A stretch of 64,000 bases of DNA from positions 2,334,914 to 2,398,913 of the forward strand of contig OZ219799.1 of NCBI GenBank assembly GCA_964291275.2, in the 5' to 3' direction. This DNA comes from Rhodothermales bacterium. Its GTDB lineage: Bacteria > Bacteroidota > Rhodothermia > Rhodothermales > Bin80. The notes beneath the pieces are model-generated. The model was given only the letters and a program-made list of their open reading frames with translations, searched no databases and was not told the DNA's origin. Of this stretch, positions 8,044 through 19,400 are shown piece after piece (the first letter of the stretch is position 1; the number at the start of each line of letters is the position of its first letter). The position numbers were made by a program, and so were the translations under genes.

Positions 8044-9048
8044 ATGCAGTATGACCTGATTGCGATGGGCCGTTCGTCCATCGACCTGTACTCGGATGAT
8101 ATCGGGGCGCCGTTCCCGCAGATCACCAGTTTTTCTGCGTATGTGGGAGGGTCACCCACCAATGTATGTGTGGGTGCGAGCCGGCTTGGAATGAAAACCG
8201 CACTGCTCACCGCGGTTGGGGAGGATCCAGTTGGAGATTTTGTATTGAATTTTCTCCAGAATGAGAGGGTGGAGACGAAGTATATCTCACGCAAGCCCGA
8301 CAGGCGGACAAGTGCAGTCATCTTGGGCATCGAACCACCAGAGCGTTTCCCTCTGGTATACTACAGAGATAACTGCGCTGACAATGCGCTGAGTATTGAA
8401 GATGTATTAGCTACTCCAATAAATCAGGCGAAAGTTTTCGAGTTTGCCGGCACGAATCTTGCCCAGGAATCCAGCCGAAGTGCGACGCTATTCGCTGTAG
8501 AGCGTGCTGTCCGTTCCGATGTAACTGTTGTTTTTGATCTTGATTTTCGTCCAGATCAATGGCATGATCCCCGCGCATTCGGGGTTACAGTAAGGAACGT
8601 GCTTGCCAGCGTTGATATCTTGCTCGGCACTCAGGACGAGATTAACGCCGCAGTCCTTGAGGATCCCGCCCAGATAGAATTGACGCATCAGCAGGTATCG
8701 GATGCTCGTGTGGGAGGGAATGTTGATTCAGCCATTCAGACATTATTTGATTGGGGCGTTGAATCTATAGTGGAGAAATGCGGAGCCGAGGGGGTCCGTA
8801 TTCATGAGCGGGGGAAGTCTCCGATTAAAGTGCCGGGGTTCCCGGTCGAGGTACGCAATATTCTTGGGGCCGGAGACGCTTTCGCCGCGGGATTCATTTA
8901 TGGAGTCGTTCATGGTTGGACCTACTATGATGCGGCTCGACTTGGTAATGCCTGCGGTGCTATTGTGGTGACCCGGCACGGATGTGCTAACTTCATGCCC
9001 ACGTTCGAGGAAGCGACTGCATTGATGGACGCTCAAGATGCGTCGTAG
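8044..9048 (+). CDS. iolC: PfkB-family sugar kinase, probable 5-dehydro-2-deoxygluconokinase
   Basis: N-terminal DLIAMGRSSIDLY, C-terminal GAGDAFAAGF (PfkB signature), 334 aa. Other iol genes occur in the window. Confidence 0.7.
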   Translation: MQYDLIAMGRSSIDLYSDDIGAPFPQITSFSAYVGGSPTNVCVGASRLGMKTALLTAVGEDPVGDFVLNFLQNERVETKYISRKPDRRTSAVILGIEPPERFPLVYYRDNCADNALSIEDVLATPINQAKVFEFAGTNLAQESSRSATLFAVERAVRSDVTVVFDLDFRPDQWHDPRAFGVTVRNVLASVDILLGTQDEINAAVLEDPAQIELTHQQVSDARVGGNVDSAIQTLFDWGVESIVEKCGAEGVRIHERGKSPIKVPGFPVEVRNILGAGDAFAAGFIYGVVHGWTYYDAARLGNACGAIVVTRHGCANFMPTFEEATALMDAQDAS

Positions 9049-9872
9049 TTGTATCAAGGGCGCAGACTACGGTGCCGTGGGTAAAGTGGTTGAATCAATC
9101 AATAGCCGTTATTAATTGGAACCCGTTAGTCGGGGGTAGTAATTTTTTTTCTATGAGCATCAACAAAAGAAGACAGCAATCTTTTGCAAGGAGTTCGTAC
9201 TGTTATGCATGGCCTGAAGCTGAGCGACCAATAGTAATCCCACGAACCTGACTGAGTGTACATACTCGTGTATTGAATTATGTACACCTGTCAACGGAGG
9301 TTACCCTCATAACTGGACTACGTCAATCCATAACACCACCACGGCTTCGCTGACAAAGAGCGGATCTCAAATATCCGCAGTGCTTCCATCCGCACCGCAT
9401 GCAGCGTGACTTCATCCCCGTATTCTGACAACGCAATCATCCCCAATACCTGTACGGGCATCTCTTTCTAGTCCAGAATTTCTTCTGGTGTACATTCCGC
9501 ATCCAGACCGACCGAGCCCTATCCTCGCAACGACACGACCATATCCAAATTGCAGCCTAAATTCGAATCAACTTGCCAAAATGACGCAGTAGAGACAGTC
9601 GCAGCGATTGACCAACCCCGCCAGCCTCGCGGAACGTCTGATCCAGTTGGAAAACTCATCTGATCGGAACATGATACTATCGTAAAGCGCGGTAAATGAA
9701 AGGTTGAAACTCCAAAGCAACTACAATCCAGGTCAAATAGGTTCCAACTAACTCTGACACTACGCCAGACAGGGGGGAGAAGCAGCGCTGGCAATGCGCG
9801 TGTTGGTTATCTTAATGATCGTAGTCCTGCCTGCGTCGGCCGCTTGCCTTTTTTCGTCATTACACGCGCCGG

Positions 9873-11543
9873 ATGATGGTCCTTCTTTCTGCATGCAAAC
9901 CCAGGGACACGCGGTTTTTCGCCCATTCGATCCTTCCATTGGTCCTGGTCTTACTTGGGCCGGCGGCTCTTGCGCAGGAGGAGCCAACGTACAAGGCCGG
10001 AGTCATCGTGGTCCAGTTTGCTCCAGAGGTCTCCATTGCCAACAAGGCTGCCCGCGCCAGACTGCAGGACTTTGATCGGCGGGCAGCGGGTTATGGCGTC
10101 CACCTGATTGAGCGGGTGTATCCGTTTCTGGACCACGTGGAGCCGACGCCGAAGACCCGTCGCAACCTTCTGGCTCTCCGCCGAACGTATTACGTGCACT
10201 ATACTGCCGACGCCCTACCGAAAGAGGTCGCTGCCGATCTGGCTTCGGTGCCGGGCGTGGTGTATGCCGAGCCGGTGCTCATTAACCGGACGCAGGCGGA
10301 CTACGGGCAGCGCGTGGACCCAAATGATCCACGCTTTGGCGATCAACCGGCGCTTCGCCTGTTGCGGTTGCCAGAGGCGTGGGATGTGGTCAAGGGAGAA
10401 GGCATGAGCCCGCCGGTGGTGATCGCTATAGTGGAGCTTGGGGGCAGCGATTGGCGCCACGAAGACCTTCTGGCCAACGTGTGGACCAACGCGAATGAGA
10501 TACCAGGCAACGGCATAGACGACGATAACAACGGGTTCATCGATGATGTGCACGGGGCGAATCTTAGGAACGGAGATGACACCAATAACGATCCATTCGA
10601 GCCGGGGCAAAGCAGCAGGCATGGCACGGCGGTTGCGGGCGCGGCCGGTGCCGTGACCAACAACGGCATCGGGGTGGCTGGGGCGGCCTGGAATGCCCAG
10701 CTCATGCATATTCGCGGCAGCTATGATGGCATCCTCTATGCGGCCGCCAACGGGGCGGACATCATCAACACGAGCTGGGGTAGTTTGCGGGACACCGAGG
10801 ATCAGATCAAGCTCCCTAACCAGACGCTGGATTTGGCCACGGACATGGGCGCGCTCGTGGTGGCATCGGCCGGTAACGACAATCGCAACAACGACCTTTT
10901 TTGGCACTACCCGGCCAGTAATCCTCGAGTGCTGTCGGTGGGCGCCACGGAGAGGGACACGCGCCGGCGGGCGGGCTCTTCGAACTACGGGAAGCTGGTG
11001 GACGTCTTTGCACCGGGCGGCATTCTGACGACCGCCCCCTACAACGGCTATAGGCATGCCAGCGGCACGTCGTTTTCGTCGCCGCTGGCGGCCGGCGTGG
11101 CGGCATTGGTGAAGACAAGGTTTCCCGAGATGACGCCGGACGCCCTGCGGGAGCATATTCGGCTGACGAGCGACAACATAGACGCGGAGAACCCGGCTGA
11201 TGCCGGGCAGCTGGGACGCGGGTTTGTCAATGCGCTGTCCGCTGTTCGGGCGCCGTCCGTACCAGAGTCCTTTGCCGTGCACGGCAACTACCCCAATCCG
11301 TTCCGGCAGTCCACGCGCCTCGTGTTTGACCTTCCCTGGCCTGCTAGCGTGACGGTCGAGGTCATGGACATAACGGGCCGGCGCGTGTTTACCGTGCCGG
11401 CAACCGGGAAATCTGCAGGATGGAAGCACACGATACCGCTGAGCGGCCGTGCGATGTCCTCCGGCTTGTACCTATACCGCCTGACTGCTACTTCGCCGGA
11501 AGGAAGCTCCGTTCACACAGGCAGCTTCGTACGCATACGGTGA
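9873..11543 (+). CDS. Secreted S8 (subtilisin-like) serine peptidase with T9SS C-terminal sorting domain
   Basis: A signal peptide, a catalytic His context (HGTAVAGAAG) and Ser context (SGTSFSSPLAAG). The C-terminus reads NYPNPFRQSTRLVF...YLYRL (Por/T9SS CTD). Confidence 0.85.
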   Translation: MMVLLSACKPRDTRFFAHSILPLVLVLLGPAALAQEEPTYKAGVIVVQFAPEVSIANKAARARLQDFDRRAAGYGVHLIERVYPFLDHVEPTPKTRRNLLALRRTYYVHYTADALPKEVAADLASVPGVVYAEPVLINRTQADYGQRVDPNDPRFGDQPALRLLRLPEAWDVVKGEGMSPPVVIAIVELGGSDWRHEDLLANVWTNANEIPGNGIDDDNNGFIDDVHGANLRNGDDTNNDPFEPGQSSRHGTAVAGAAGAVTNNGIGVAGAAWNAQLMHIRGSYDGILYAAANGADIINTSWGSLRDTEDQIKLPNQTLDLATDMGALVVASAGNDNRNNDLFWHYPASNPRVLSVGATERDTRRRAGSSNYGKLVDVFAPGGILTTAPYNGYRHASGTSFSSPLAAGVAALVKTRFPEMTPDALREHIRLTSDNIDAENPADAGQLGRGFVNALSAVRAPSVPESFAVHGNYPNPFRQSTRLVFDLPWPASVTVEVMDITGRRVFTVPATGKSAGWKHTIPLSGRAMSSGLYLYRLTATSPEGSSVHTGSFVRIR

Positions 11544-11710
11544 CGACATACACAGAAGTCCATAAGTCCGGGCTGCTGCTTCACTGGTTAGCAACGGTGC
11601 AGGGCGCAAACAGCCTCGGAAATCTCCTTCAATGGCACTTCCCCGCAGATCCGTTAAGATGTTGTAATGATCCCGGATTGAGACTCAATTTTGAGTATTG
11701 AGCTATGGAG

Positions 11711-14700
11711 TTAGATGGGTTCGACCTCAAGCTTCTCTGGCAGCGGTTTCTGTTTGAAGAGCGACAGCATGGCCACTGAGGCAAATGGGGCAAGCAGCGT
11801 AGATGCTATAAGTCCACCTGTAACCGTGACTGCCAAGCCTGTCCAGAAATCGTCACTATCAGGAAAGACCAGCAATGGCAGCATTGCTGCACAACTGGTC
11901 AATGTTGTTGTCCACATTGGGCGTAGTCGTTCACGAACGGCCAGACGCGCCAGTATAGAAGGTTCTCCATATGGACGATCCAGTCGTAATTGCCGAAAAC
12001 GATCTGTCAGTAGAATACTGTCGTTAACGGCGATGCCAATCAAAAGGACGGTTCCGATGAAGGCTCCCTCAACAAAATTGGCTTTTGTGAGCATGAAGCC
12101 GACACAAACCCCCACTGCAGCCAATGGGACACTGAGCATGACCACGAGGGGTAGACGCCATGATTCAAATACTGATGCCGTAACCAGGAATACAAGGATA
12201 ATGGTTGCCACAAAAACCCAACTGAAGGCACGTTTTGTTTCATCAGTGAAAAAGTAGTTGTACCCGTACTCCATTCGATACCCGGGCGGTACAGGGAAAG
12301 CCTCGATTGATTCCTCCATAAATCTTCGTGTCATGTCAAACGAGCCACGATAATCAACGCTCAGATGGCGTACATATTGCTGGTCCTCACGCTCAATCTC
12401 GGCAGACATACGGACGATGTTGTAGTCTGCCACACCCGCTAACCTTAGGAATGAGCTGTCAGCGACCATGAGCGGACGCTGGATAACGCGGTCAATATCC
12501 ATCTCGGTCGCATTATCGATAATAATCCGAATGGGTATGCCAGTATCTCCGGCTAGATCGGCCCTCCAGAATACGCGCTCAGTTTCGATGTAGGGACTCA
12601 GTTGATCATTAATCCAAACAGCATCAGCGCCGGTTCTTGCCGTAGCATTACCGGTCCATTCAAGCTGAAGGACCTGGCGAGCCTGATTAGCGATCCATGA
12701 ATTTCGTGAACGATTCAGGTCTACGCTTTGGACACGGCGACTTCTTCGCTTAACAAAGGTTGCATATTGATTTGCCAAGGCGTCCAGGTCCTCGTAGTTT
12801 GGACCATACATGCGAAGCTGTGCGCCACTGTAGCCCCCTCCAAGCCCACTGTAATAACCGGTCTGCGGGATTATTTCTCCCACACGTACTCCTATGCCGC
12901 CGAGGAGGATGGCTTGTCCTACGAGTCGTCTTTGTAGGATATAGGGGCCAGGTTCCATGAGTGCGCCTTTCTTGAATTCGATAAGCAAATGAGCCCTTCC
13001 CTCCCTAATCGTTACATCGGTTCGGTAGACGCTTGCCTCTGCAAGGGCCATCTGCTCAAACCCTGCAATTAGTGAATCGCTCCGCTCGATCGTATTTCCT
13101 TTTGGAAATGACAGCGAAACATAGATAGTTTCTCGTTCACGGTAGCTCCAAGGTTTGTAGAATGACGTGTTCCTGAAAAAAGGTCGCAGGACTCCACCTG
13201 TAAGTGGGTTCAGCCATTCGCGCGCCCTCTGGACTTTTTGTGTTCCTAATGTGACGTTATACACGTTAGCAAAACGTCCCTTAACCTCGCTCGACCATCC
13301 TCGCCGAGGCTCATTGATTTCCGTGGGCAGTGTCCATATGGGGACGCCGAGCACAAGAAACAGTGCGACTAGGGTAAGTTTTGGGAATCGGGCAACTACG
13401 CGGTAAGGTCCGGCAACTGCCCGTCTAAGCCAGCGGCGTTCCAGCTTTTCGGCTTTGGGAGGTAGAAAGCGCACAACCACTGGCACGAAAATGACCGCGC
13501 TTGCCAAAGAAATAAGAAGGGTAAGGCTCACCAAAATCCCAAACGGTAAAAACAAATCACGCAAATCCCCACTCAGGTAAACTAGGGGAAGCATGACCGC
13601 CATGGTACTTAAAGTTCCTCCCATAAGCGGCAGCCAGACTGCTTTCAGGGCGGCTCTTGTGCGCACTATTTGCAATTCAAGTCCCGTCATTCCGCGTGCC
13701 ATCAGTTTTTGTTGCTGCAAGAGCAGCTGTTCAACAATGACAACACTGTTGTCGACTAGAAGGCCGAAGACAAGAACCAGCCCGGCGAGGGTAATAACAT
13801 TCAGGGAAAGGTCGAAAAATCTGAACAGGGCCAGTGCAGGCGCCAGCGCCAGGGCAACACTGAACAACACAATAACAGTAGCCCTTACGCTCTTGAGCAT
13901 AAAGAGCAGTACGAACGTAACAAGAATTAATCCAATACCACCGCGCAAGGCCAGATCATCAAGCAGCTCGCGGACATCTTCAGTACGATCCAGTACGATC
14001 AGGAGCCGCGTACCTTCTGGTAGGGAATCCCGAATATCCTCAATACGATTATTGACGGTCTTGGCGACATTGATCATATGCGAACCCCGTGTACGCTCCA
14101 GATCCAATGCCACGGCATTAAGCCCGTCGATACGCCGAATACTTTGTCGTGGGGCTGGGCCTAGGTTCAAGTCAGCTACCTGATCAAGGCGAATCGGAAG
14201 TCCCTCTGGGTTGCTTCGGCTAACTATGATGGCTGACAGACGGCTTATATCAAGCTCAGGGCGGCTAATCATCAGATGGCCCCGTCCCTTGGCATCCATG
14301 CGTCCGTAGACGTGATCCCGTAATGCCGAACTTATTTGCCCCATCACTTCGGAATTGTCAATTCCATAGGCATCCAGTCGGCTTGGATTCAGTGTAATCA
14401 GAAGCTCCCGTTTACTGCCGCCGGTAACCTCAACCAAGTCAATACCGGCCAGACTTTCGAATTGGGGCTTGAGGTGTTCGTCAGCCAGCTTCCTAAGCTC
14501 ATCCGGGTTGTATGGGCCGATTAACCTTAGCGTCATAAAGCCCTGAACGTCACGAAATGCTTCCGGGATCTGCTTTGTCAATCGAGGCGAGACATCATCG
14601 GGCAATTGATCTCTAAGCAGGGTCAATCTCTCCCCGATCTGAGTGGCAAAAGTGCTCAGATCAATTTCCTCATCCACCTGGATCTGTACATGTGAGTGCC

Positions 14701-14962
14701 CTTCAGAGGAAATACTGTTTATTTCGGCAATACCGGGAACGGTCTGGATTTCACGTTCAATCGGGGCGGTCACATACCGCTCGACCTGTCGAGGGGATGC
14801 ACCGGGCCAAGTTGCCTCAACACTCACGCGTGGCAACTCGGTGTTCGGTGAATATTCTATTGGAATATCAATGGCAGCCCAGATGCCGGCGAGAACCACA
14901 GCAACACACCAAGACATCACAGAGATGGGCCTTTTAAGGAGTCCGGCCCCCTTACTGAACAT
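11711..14962 (-). CDS. RND efflux transporter, inner-membrane permease (AcrB/CzcA superfamily)
   Basis: About 1080 aa with 12-TM RND architecture. The start is chosen at MFSKGAGLLKRPISV (ATG 14962) rather than the longer ORF that begins at 15037. Confidence 0.8.
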   Translation of the reverse strand: MFSKGAGLLKRPISVMSWCVAVVLAGIWAAIDIPIEYSPNTELPRVSVEATWPGASPRQVERYVTAPIEREIQTVPGIAEINSISSEGHSHVQIQVDEEIDLSTFATQIGERLTLLRDQLPDDVSPRLTKQIPEAFRDVQGFMTLRLIGPYNPDELRKLADEHLKPQFESLAGIDLVEVTGGSKRELLITLNPSRLDAYGIDNSEVMGQISSALRDHVYGRMDAKGRGHLMISRPELDISRLSAIIVSRSNPEGLPIRLDQVADLNLGPAPRQSIRRIDGLNAVALDLERTRGSHMINVAKTVNNRIEDIRDSLPEGTRLLIVLDRTEDVRELLDDLALRGGIGLILVTFVLLFMLKSVRATVIVLFSVALALAPALALFRFFDLSLNVITLAGLVLVFGLLVDNSVVIVEQLLLQQQKLMARGMTGLELQIVRTRAALKAVWLPLMGGTLSTMAVMLPLVYLSGDLRDLFLPFGILVSLTLLISLASAVIFVPVVVRFLPPKAEKLERRWLRRAVAGPYRVVARFPKLTLVALFLVLGVPIWTLPTEINEPRRGWSSEVKGRFANVYNVTLGTQKVQRAREWLNPLTGGVLRPFFRNTSFYKPWSYRERETIYVSLSFPKGNTIERSDSLIAGFEQMALAEASVYRTDVTIREGRAHLLIEFKKGALMEPGPYILQRRLVGQAILLGGIGVRVGEIIPQTGYYSGLGGGYSGAQLRMYGPNYEDLDALANQYATFVKRRSRRVQSVDLNRSRNSWIANQARQVLQLEWTGNATARTGADAVWINDQLSPYIETERVFWRADLAGDTGIPIRIIIDNATEMDIDRVIQRPLMVADSSFLRLAGVADYNIVRMSAEIEREDQQYVRHLSVDYRGSFDMTRRFMEESIEAFPVPPGYRMEYGYNYFFTDETKRAFSWVFVATIILVFLVTASVFESWRLPLVVMLSVPLAAVGVCVGFMLTKANFVEGAFIGTVLLIGIAVNDSILLTDRFRQLRLDRPYGEPSILARLAVRERLRPMWTTTLTSCAAMLPLLVFPDSDDFWTGLAVTVTGGLIASTLLAPFASVAMLSLFKQKPLPEKLEVEPI

Positions 14963-15167
14963 AGTAGTTACGTGAAGAGTATTCGGTGGACAAATTTGTA
15001 GCGTGCACAACTGAACTGAACTCAAAGTCAACAGCATAGTTCGGTGAGCTTTCGCGAAGGAGGGGATATCGCTTAACGTGCGTTAGCCCAGTTTGGCGCG
15101 TTTCTTGCTGTGGGGATGTTAAAATCGACACTCTGTAGGAGGACTACTTAAGAAGCATATAATATAT

Positions 15168-16442
15168 ATGGCCGGTAAATCGCGTTCGTCAAGGAGGATT
15201 CGTTCTTGGCAGGTATTTGGTTTAATTTTAGCTCTGGCTACGGCAGGTCTGGTCCTGTACGGAGTCTGGCCTGCTATAACCGGAGAGGATGCGGAGGAAG
15301 ATCGGGAAGTGCCTGAAGAGCCGGAGGCGGCACGTGCTCCTGTCGAAGTTATGGTTATAGAGCGGGGAGAATTTCCACTTCGCGCTGAAGCGACAGGGCA
15401 CTTGGCGCCGTGGCGAAAAACCGAGATAAGCGCAGAGATCGGTGGTCTCATTCTGGAACGACCGATAGAAGAAGGGCAGCGTGTGCAGGCAGGTCAGGTG
15501 CTGATGCGACTGGATGATCGCGAACTGCTCATACGGCTGAGGGAAGCAGAAGGAGCCCTACTCAGGGCAATGGCGGATTACTCGGCACGACTCAGCAGTG
15601 CCGGAGAGCTGACAGAAACCGACACCACTAAACTTGCCGAAGCCAGAGTCCAGCTGAAGACAGCCGAAGAAGCCTTTGCGGCAGGTAATCTTCTACAGAC
15701 AGAACTTGATGATGCCCGCCGTCGTTTTGAAGCTATGAATCTACTCGTTGGTAATCAGCGCGAGGCTGTAGCAGCAGTATACACCGATCTTACACAGCGC
15801 GAACAGCAGGTAGAGCTGGCACGCCTGCAATTAGAGCGCACACGAGTGGTGGCTCCATTCAATGGGCGAATAGCAGACCTTGAGGTGGAAGCGGGTCAGA
15901 ATATTGGGGCTGGTACGACGCTGCTAACACTGATCAGCGATAGCCGAATGAAGGTGGAAGTAGATGTCCTAGAGGGCGACCTGGTGCATATTCGTAAAGG
16001 GGCATCGGCCAATGTAAACGTACCGAGTTACAGCGATGAGGTGTTTCAAGGTTACGTGCATTCAGTCAACCCCTCTGTTGACACAAAGACTGGCGCAGGG
16101 CGTGTTACTGTAGCCTTACAGAATCCTGGCGGACGGCTCGTATCCGGGCTTTATGCAGACGTAGCCTTGGAAAAGAATCGTCTACAGGATCGAATGGTTG
16201 TCCCGTCTGACGCCGTAGTCGTCCGGCAGGGTAGAGATGTCGTTTTCCTGGTCATAGAGGGTAGATCCTACTGGATGTACGTGATTACAGGTGAGCGCTC
16301 CGGTGATTTCACGGAAATCATTAGTGGTGATCCGCCGGCCGTTGTTGAGCCGGGTGATTCCCTTGTCGTTCTGGGTAATTATGCGCTGGCTCATGACGTT
16401 CCTGTGGAGGTGACCGCTGTTGTAGAATTGGGATTAAAGTAG
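15168..16442 (+). CDS. RND efflux periplasmic adaptor (membrane fusion protein, HlyD/AcrA-like)
   Basis: An N-terminal TM anchor, a coiled-coil region and a beta-barrel segment (RVVAPFNGRIADLEVEAGQ). It lies directly upstream of an RND permease. Confidence 0.8.
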   Translation: MAGKSRSSRRIRSWQVFGLILALATAGLVLYGVWPAITGEDAEEDREVPEEPEAARAPVEVMVIERGEFPLRAEATGHLAPWRKTEISAEIGGLILERPIEEGQRVQAGQVLMRLDDRELLIRLREAEGALLRAMADYSARLSSAGELTETDTTKLAEARVQLKTAEEAFAAGNLLQTELDDARRRFEAMNLLVGNQREAVAAVYTDLTQREQQVELARLQLERTRVVAPFNGRIADLEVEAGQNIGAGTTLLTLISDSRMKVEVDVLEGDLVHIRKGASANVNVPSYSDEVFQGYVHSVNPSVDTKTGAGRVTVALQNPGGRLVSGLYADVALEKNRLQDRMVVPSDAVVVRQGRDVVFLVIEGRSYWMYVITGERSGDFTEIISGDPPAVVEPGDSLVVLGNYALAHDVPVEVTAVVELGLK

Positions 16443-16476
16443 GTATTGTGTTGCCTGAGTCGACCTCCAGTAAGGC

Positions 16477-19400
16477 ATGAGATCCTTTATTGCTGCCTGC
16501 CTTAATCGTCCGGTTGCAGTCACGGCATTCTATTTGCTGTTGATGGTCTTGGCAGTCGTAGCCTACGTACGATTGCCAGTTGCTTTGCTCCCTGACTTGC
16601 GATATCCAGGGCTCGTGGTATGGACCAGTTATCCTGATGTGCCTCCAGAAAGAGTCGAGCGGGCGGTAACCGAACGGGTGGAACAAGCTGTTGCCGGCAC
16701 GGCGGGGCTCACACGCGTGACTTCGCGTACGCTTCTTGGCGGGAGTCTTGTGCATATGCAGTTCGGATGGAATGCAGATCTGGATCTGGCACTACTGGAT
16801 GTAAGAGATAAACTGGATCGCTTAGGTGACAGCTTTCCGCGGGAAGCATCAAGGCCAGCTGTGCTTCACCTTAATCCGGGTGATCGCCCCATAATGGTCA
16901 TTGCACTGCGCTATGAAGGAGAACTCGAAGAGGGGCGCTCGGACGATCTAGTAGAGCTCAAGCGTGTCGGCCGGGATATTATTGCACGGCGACTGGAGCA
17001 ACTTGGCGATGTGGCGCGTGTGCAGGTGACGGGTGGATTTGAGCGTCAAATTGAAATTGAGGTCGATCCAAACCAGGCCTTGGCGTACGGGATCAGCTTA
17101 AATCAGATCGCCGGCGAATTGCGAGGGGCAAACGTAGCATTGCAGGGAGGGGTAATTCGGCGGGGGCCGTTTAGATATCCCGTTGAGGTCAGTGGAGAGT
17201 TTAAGGACACCGAGGATATTGCAGAAACGGTTATTTCCATTCGAAACAATACGCCAATTCGATTAAGGGATGTCGCTCAGGTGCGTGATGGAGTTGCGGA
17301 CCGTCGTGGGTTAGTGCGCTTGGACGGAGTAGAGACACTCCTGCTGCTCGTTGAGCGTAAGGCAGACGCAAATGTTGTTCGGGCAGTGGAAGAAATTCGC
17401 ACAGTTCTGACTGAGCTGGAAGAAGAACACGAGCGGATCACGCTGGATGTAGTTGTGGATGAGAGCGAGTTCATTAGGGCTGCGATCGGCGGGGTTACAC
17501 AGGCCGTGATGCTGGGAGGCATACTGGCCATCCTGGTTTTGCTTGCTTTTCTGAAGCGTGTGCGTGTTCTTTTGGCGGCTGCGGTGGCTGTACCGCTTTC
17601 AGTGGCTGTGACGTTGGTGTTATTTGAACCACTGAACGTTACGTTCAACTTGATTTCGTTGAGTGGTCTCGCACTGGGTGCAGGGATGCTCGTTGATAAT
17701 GCGATTGTTGTTATTGAGAACATTTCCCGGTTGCGGGAGCAGGGGCAGGGGGCGTTGGAAGCTGCACGCAACGGTGTATCCGAGGTGGCAGGGGCTATAA
17801 CGGCAAGCACACTGACCACGATTGCCGTTTTCTTGCCGATCACCTTGGTTGAGGGGCTGGCAGGTCGTCTCTTCCGGGACCAGTCGTTGGCAGTCGTATG
17901 TTCGCTGCTGGCTTCGTTGCTCGTGGCACTGACAGTAGTGCCACTCATCGTATCCCGTGAAAAGAAAACCGCTGGTCGTACGGAGCGCGAATCTCGTATG
18001 GGATCGAGATTATTGACTGGTTATGAACGTGCTCTTTCCTGGAGTTTGGATCACCGTTGGACGGTGGTGATGCTTTGTACGCTGGTGCTCATGGGTGCTG
18101 GGCTGGTAATCACGAACCTGCCTCGCGAAGTGATCCCCAAGACGGAGCAGGGGCGTATTGATGTGCGTATTACGCTACCTACTGATGCTGACTTAACAAT
18201 GGTTGCAGCACGTGCATCAGAGATTGAGTCTCAAGCTAAATCTCGAGGATGGGCTGAAAGAGTACTTGCAGACTTGGGGGAACGGGATCAGGCCCGCTTG
18301 GATCTGGATCCACGCCCACCCTATGAAGGTGATATTACCTTATTGTTACCGCCTGGGCAGCGTGCTGATGAAATATTGCTAGACGTACAGTCGCTTGATC
18401 TGCCTGACGATGTCTCGATCAAGGTTCAGCGCGTAGAAACCCAACTTGAGCAATTGCTGACTACAAGTGATGCCGACATATTAATTGATCTTGTGAGCGA
18501 AGAGCGGCGTGAGGCAGAAAATGTCGTAGAACGCGTACAACAACTGTTGGAGCTAAGACCGGAATTAGCCAATGTGCGTCGTACGGATGCGGCGTCGGTT
18601 CCTACGTATCAACTTGGCTTCAATCGGGATGTAATGAACCGCTTTGGCGTTACTGCCGGAGCATTGACGGCATACCTGGAGGCCGGTGCACGCGGGAGTG
18701 AAGCTACCACGCTTAAGACCGTTAACGAGGAAGTGCCTATCGTGATACGGTCGCGTCATATTGATTCTATTGAGCGGCTTTTAGCTGAACAGATCCCTGC
18801 ACGTGATGGATTGATGCCCATCGGGGCATTCGTAACCGCGACATCAGTACCATTACCTGCTGCACTCATTCGAGTAGAGCAGGCTTCTGTAGTTCGATTG
18901 ACAGCGGATGTTGCACAGGGATATGATCTTGGAAGGGCGATAAGCGCAGTAAACGATGTAACCAGACGCACCTTGCCGATTGCCGTACGCAGTCGTGTGG
19001 GTGGTGCAGCCGAGGTATTTCAGCAGAGTTTATTGGGGGTGGGTCTCAGTTTGGCGTTAAGCTTATTGCTCGTGTATCTAATTTTGGCTGCTCAGTTTGA
19101 AAATCTGGTTCAACCACTTATCATCCTGGTTTCGGTGCCCTTGGCAGCAGCAGGCGTTTCTTTTGTGCTTGGTCTTACAGGTCAGTCCATTAACCTGATG
19201 AGCCTTATGGGGGCTGTGGTACTTGTTGGGATTGTGGTTAATGATGCTATCATAAAGACTGATTTCATTAATCAGAGGCGTGCTGCGGGTATGCCGATAC
19301 GCGAGGCTATTCTGGCGGCGGGACGTGATCGTGTGCGGCCGATTCTTATGACCACTATCACGACTGTTCTTGGGCTTTTGCCTCTGGCGATGGGCTTTGG

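Noticed and set aside
10215-11429. 404-aa ORF on the minus strand inside the S8 peptidase gene
   Set aside because: It is an Arg/Pro/Gly-rich antisense shadow of a GC-rich gene. The plus-strand product has a full S8 catalytic triad context and a T9SS CTD. The same reasoning applies to 10343-10705, 10816-11118 and 11048-11287.
13593-17948. Antisense ORFs within the RND permease genes (13593-14183 plus; 17277-17948 minus, Ser/Thr/Ala-rich)
   Set aside because: They are shadow ORFs opposite long, well-supported AcrB-like reading frames.
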